64,000 nucleotides of DNA from a virus (lineage: Duplodnaviria > Caudoviricetes): the IMG/VR virus record IMGVR_UViG_2974753081_000001, positions 72,320-136,319 of that record; one strand, given 5' to 3'. Numbering within the stretch: position 1 is the first letter of the stretch; the number at the start of each line of letters is the position of its first letter. The notes beneath the pieces were generated by a model, which saw only the letters and a program-made list of their open reading frames with translations, had not been told where the DNA came from and did no database searches. Position numbers and translations under genes: made by a program. Below, piece by piece: positions 60,190-64,000 of this stretch.

Positions 60190-63100
60190 ATGTCGGACAA
60201 GATCGGTATCGACTTCTCCGCAGCACAGATCGACCCGAAGGCCATCAAGGCTGCGGGCATCACAGCGGTCATCAACTACGTCTCCGAGGCCCGCCCGTCG
60301 GCGTCCTGGATGAAGGCGGTCAAGCCGATGTCCGCCGACTACGCGGCCCGGCTGCGCGCCGAGGGCATCGAGATCGTGTCGAACTACCAGTTCGGCAAGA
60401 CCGGCGACCCCACCCCGTCGGACTGGCGCGGTGGCTACGAGGCGGGCAAGCGGCACGGCCAGATCGCGCTGGCGAACCACTGGAAGGCCAACGGCGCTCC
60501 GTGGCGACCCTGCTACGCCCCCTGCGACGACAACCCCACCCCCGCCGAGGTCGAGAATTACGTCCTGCCCTTCATCAAGGGCTGGGCGGAGGTGTGGGGC
60601 GAGGAGTGGACAGGCATCTATTGCAACGCGCCCACCTGGGACCAGCTGAAGAAGCTCGGCGCTCCGGTGCGGTGGTTCTGGCAACACAACTGGGATGGCC
60701 GCTCCGAGCACCCGCATCACCCCGACGCCCATATGCACCAGGTCCGCATCGACAAGGACAAGGTGGGCGGCGTCGGCGTCGACTGGAACATCCTGCTGAA
60801 GGATGACTACGGCCAGTGGTCGCGGGGCAAGAACCCGAACCCCATCGAGACCTTCCCGATCCGCAACCTGATCGCTACCTCGGGTGTCGGACGGAACAAG
60901 GGAAACAGTGGTCGTCTGCGCATCTACATCCACTCGTCGGAGGGCAAGGACTGGTCCTCGACGGCGGTCGGCACGATGCAGTATCAGGCCAGCTCGCAGA
61001 CCGGCAGCTACCACTACCTGATCGACGACAACGAGATCATCCAGTGCATCGCGCTGAACGACACCGCCTGGGCTGTGCTCAGCGACAATCCGGTCTCGAT
61101 CAACGTCTGTTTGGTCATCAGCTCCGGCGCGTCCGGCTACGGCCCGACCGCGAGCGAGAGCAAGCCGAAGTCGCGCGCGCAGTGGCTGGAGCACAAGAAG
61201 ATGCTGTCGATGCTCCGGTTCCTGATCGACCACATCTGCCGCGAGACGGGTATCCCCAAGACCCGCGTGGACATCGCGGGCGTCGGCGCGAACAAGCGCG
61301 GCGTCAGCTCGCATCACAACTACACCTACGGATCGGTCAAGCTGAAGGGCTTCAAGGACGGCACCCACTGGGACGTCCCAGACACCTTCCCGCACGACTG
61401 GGTGCTCGAAGGCGACGGGACTCCCCCGCCCCCGCCGGACCCCGACGCCTTCCCGCTCCCCGCTGGCTGGTACTACGGGCCACTGGAGGGACCGACCGAG
61501 TCCATCTCTGGTCGCGCGGGCGAGCAGAAGTCCTACATCGACGGCCTGAAGCGGTGGCAGACCGCTGTCGGCATCCCGGCGTCCGGCGTCTGGGACGCGG
61601 CCACCGAGCGCGTGGCCCGGCAGCTGCAGGCCGAGAAAAAGTGGCCGAACAGCCGTGGTTACGTCTACAAGGGCGAGTGGGATGCGGTGATCCGGCAGGG
61701 CTGGAAGCCAACTCCGGTTGCCAGCCCAACCCCCGATCCAGTTGTAGTCACCCCGACGCCGAACCCCACGCCGACGGATTTCGTGCTGGACAATCCGAAC
61801 GCGCGTCGCTGCATGCCGGTCGCCGAGGGCACCTATCAGTGGGGCTCGCCGTATGGCAATCGCTCTGGCGGCTTCCACGACGGGCAGGACTTCCCGAACG
61901 TCCCGAGCAGTGCCGAGATTCCGGTCTATGCCGCGCAGGCAGGCATTGTGCTCTATGCGGGCGCGGCGTCGGGATACGGTGGCCCATCCCCGGCTGGTTG
62001 GGTGGTCATCGACCATGACGACCTACAGGGATCGGGGTGTACCGAGTACGGACACGTCGTGGCCGAGGTGAAGCCGGGCGATCTGGTCCGCGTCGGGCAG
62101 CGCATCGCGCACGTCAACACCAACCGTGCGACCTACGGCGACTCCACCGGCCCGCACCTGCACTTCCGCGTGTGGCCCTATGCCCACGGGAAGGGCCGTG
62201 GCATCGATCCGAAGGGATGGCTGAACGGGGCCTCCAAGATCGTCCCGCGCGCGCAGGCACCGGTTCCGCAGCCCACGCCTGCTCCCGCACCGGTTCCGCA
62301 GCCCACGCCTGCTCCCGCACCGGCACCGAACCCCCCGGCTAAGGCTGGCCCTGCGTTCAAGGTGGGCGACCTCACCGGGCCGCTGCTCACCGACCGCTGG
62401 AAGGTCACCGCGACCGACCTCGGCATCCCCACGCTGCTGACCACCGGGGAGATGCTGTTCGTGTTCGGCGACACCTTCGCCGGGCCGAAGGTCGGCACCG
62501 CTGACTGGCGCTCGCCGGTCGGCCTCGTGGGCCGTGGATCGGTGAGCCAGACGGTGAAGTTCACCCATGCTGCGGGCGGCGACCCCAACTACGCCCGGCA
62601 GTTCTGGAACTACCGGCACGACTCGTCTCCGTGGCGCAATGGCGGCTTCTCGACGGTCCTGCCCTCGGACGTGCTGCGCGTCGGCAACGACCTCTACCTG
62701 CACGTGATGGTCAACCGGGGCCTGGGCAATGTGCTCTGGACCGAAATCTGGAAGTCCGCCGACCAGGGCGCGTCGTGGTCGCACATGGGCAACAGCGCCA
62801 AGTTCGACGCCACCATGAACGGTGGCCGCACGCAGTGCTGGGGTTGGGACTACGACCCCGACGACGGCTACGTCTACATCGTGTCGACCAGCTTCAAGCG
62901 TGACCGGGGCATCTCGCTGCGGCGCGTGCGCCCGGCGGGCCTCGGCGACTGGCGGCTCTACGAGAACTGGGGCTGGGACGGCAAGCGGTGGGCGTGGGGC
63001 GCTGTCGAGGCGTCGTCTATTACCCCGCCTGACGAGCGGTGGGGCGAGCTGGCATTCCGCCGCATGAAGTCCGGCCAGTGGATTCTCGGCGGGTTCCTGT

Positions 63101-63387
63101 CGAGCAAGTACAACCTCAGCTACCGGGTGATCGAGAGCCCGACCGCCAATCTCTACACCACCCCGCTGCAGACTCTGGTCGTCGGCTCGGCGTGGGGCCT
63201 GGAGGACCACAGCAAGGGCCGCGTGGCCCAGCTCTACGGCGGATACATCCTTCCCGGCTCCGAGGTCGATGTCGAGAACGGCGTCGGTCTGGTGGTGTCG
63301 CAGTGGAAGACCGGCACCGGAGGCGGTTGGCCGTACAAAACGATGCAGTTCCGAGCGACTCTGCTCAGTAATCCTGGAGGCAAGTGA
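60190..63387 (+). CDS. Lysin A: DUF1906/GH25-like + amidase_2 + cell-wall-binding + M23 peptidase + DUF4185 (GH183-like)
   Basis: IDFS..VINYVS..K...VSNYQFGK (DUF1906); IHSSEG..SYHY..H...HWD (amidase); PLP.GWYYGPLEGP.ESISG; HDGQDF..YGH..GPHLHF (M23); TDLGIP..FGDTF..YGGYI (DUF4185). Confidence 0.88.
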   Translation: MSDKIGIDFSAAQIDPKAIKAAGITAVINYVSEARPSASWMKAVKPMSADYAARLRAEGIEIVSNYQFGKTGDPTPSDWRGGYEAGKRHGQIALANHWKANGAPWRPCYAPCDDNPTPAEVENYVLPFIKGWAEVWGEEWTGIYCNAPTWDQLKKLGAPVRWFWQHNWDGRSEHPHHPDAHMHQVRIDKDKVGGVGVDWNILLKDDYGQWSRGKNPNPIETFPIRNLIATSGVGRNKGNSGRLRIYIHSSEGKDWSSTAVGTMQYQASSQTGSYHYLIDDNEIIQCIALNDTAWAVLSDNPVSINVCLVISSGASGYGPTASESKPKSRAQWLEHKKMLSMLRFLIDHICRETGIPKTRVDIAGVGANKRGVSSHHNYTYGSVKLKGFKDGTHWDVPDTFPHDWVLEGDGTPPPPPDPDAFPLPAGWYYGPLEGPTESISGRAGEQKSYIDGLKRWQTAVGIPASGVWDAATERVARQLQAEKKWPNSRGYVYKGEWDAVIRQGWKPTPVASPTPDPVVVTPTPNPTPTDFVLDNPNARRCMPVAEGTYQWGSPYGNRSGGFHDGQDFPNVPSSAEIPVYAAQAGIVLYAGAASGYGGPSPAGWVVIDHDDLQGSGCTEYGHVVAEVKPGDLVRVGQRIAHVNTNRATYGDSTGPHLHFRVWPYAHGKGRGIDPKGWLNGASKIVPRAQAPVPQPTPAPAPVPQPTPAPAPAPNPPAKAGPAFKVGDLTGPLLTDRWKVTATDLGIPTLLTTGEMLFVFGDTFAGPKVGTADWRSPVGLVGRGSVSQTVKFTHAAGGDPNYARQFWNYRHDSSPWRNGGFSTVLPSDVLRVGNDLYLHVMVNRGLGNVLWTEIWKSADQGASWSHMGNSAKFDATMNGGRTQCWGWDYDPDDGYVYIVSTSFKRDRGISLRRVRPAGLGDWRLYENWGWDGKRWAWGAVEASSITPPDERWGELAFRRMKSGQWILGGFLSSKYNLSYRVIESPTANLYTTPLQTLVVGSAWGLEDHSKGRVAQLYGGYILPGSEVDVENGVGLVVSQWKTGTGGGWPYKTMQFRATLLSNPGGK
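62257..62323 (+). repeat. 30-bp tandem repeat encoding a Pro-rich linker
   Basis: GCACCGGTTCCGCAGCCCACGCCTGCTCCC x2 (APVPQPTPAP). Confidence 0.9.
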
Positions 63388-63944
63388 TGAGCGATACCTA
63401 CGACATCGACCCCGGCCCTTACGGCCAGCACGCAGCGGTCAGCCAGGCCGAGGACCTGCGGCCCCCGGCGTCGATCAGCAACTACGTGCCGCCGCTGCCC
63501 GGCCCGGTCCCCGGCCCTGCCGATCTTCAGCTCGCTCTCGCGGCCTACGCCCAGCGCAAGCTCGCGGAACAGTCCTGGTGGCAGAAGTCGTCCAACACCG
63601 TGACGACCGCTGTCGGCAGCGTCACTACCCTCGCGGGCGCGCTGGCGACCTACTACCTCACCCAGGGCACCTCGGTGCCGCAGTGGCTCACGATGGTCAT
63701 TGCGGTGCTGGGTTCGGTCGGCACGATCATCGGCACCAAGGCGACGAAGAACGGCTTCACCTACCAGGGCGCGGCCCAGCTCCAGCAGGCCGTCCTGGAC
63801 CCGGTGGTGCTCTCGACCGTGCAGAAGGTGCTGGCTCAGGAGCCATTCCCGGCCCACATCGCCGAGCAGGCCGAGGCACAGATCGAGCGCGCGGCTCGCG
63901 AGGCGCAGGAGTGGATCAACCGCACAGGGAACGGCCAACGCTGA
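63384..63944 (+). CDS. Holin candidate
   Basis: Two TM segments, immediately after lysin A. Confidence 0.65.
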   Translation: MMSDTYDIDPGPYGQHAAVSQAEDLRPPASISNYVPPLPGPVPGPADLQLALAAYAQRKLAEQSWWQKSSNTVTTAVGSVTTLAGALATYYLTQGTSVPQWLTMVIAVLGSVGTIIGTKATKNGFTYQGAAQLQQAVLDPVVLSTVQKVLAQEPFPAHIAEQAEAQIERAAREAQEWINRTGNGQR

Positions 63945-64000
63945 CCGTCTCGACGTAGTGTTAACAGAATGAGTGACTGTGTGCGCTGGGGCTGTGCCTG

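Noticed and set aside
53334-63210. Long minus-strand ORFs (e.g. 53334-55223, 57660-59987, 60130-62016)
   Set aside because: Antisense shadows of GC3-biased plus-strand genes, with no RBS or recognisable motifs

Overview
A 64-kb segment of a large, GC-rich tailed actinobacteriophage; every credible gene lies on the + strand. Gene content resembles the big Mycobacteriales phages such as Mycobacterium cluster C, Rhodococcus E3 and related Gordonia phages (inference). In order, the window holds: a replication/recombination block (DnaE, RecA, resolvase-like nuclease, PD-(D/E)XK exonuclease, NUMOD4-HNH); tRNA-Arg(CCT) and a tRNA-like element; about 44 kb of small accessory genes (HTH/RHH/WhiB regulators, Ltp and DUF732 surface proteins, HIT, HAD phosphatase, ThyX, ArdC-like) with an embedded trio of paralogous fibre-like genes; then a ParB-methyltransferase, a 1149-aa repeat-rich fibre-like protein, a 1065-aa multi-enzyme lysin A and a holin candidate. 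The strongest unexplained signal is regulatory, with four repeated motif families read directly from the DNA. (1) Ten SigA-type promoter cassettes TTGCNN-N17-TATATT, each with a TACAC-NN-GTGTA operator-like palindrome and a covarying mini-hairpin. (2) Twelve GTAACR-N17(18)-GAT sites matching the actinobacterial ECF SigD consensus. (3) Five GAYGTAGTGTYRACA sites, one in the loop of an RBS-sequestering hairpin. (4) About 18 CCCGACC start-associated sequences. There are also two highly structured intergenic RNA candidates. All function calls come from motif recognition by eye; no database searches were run.
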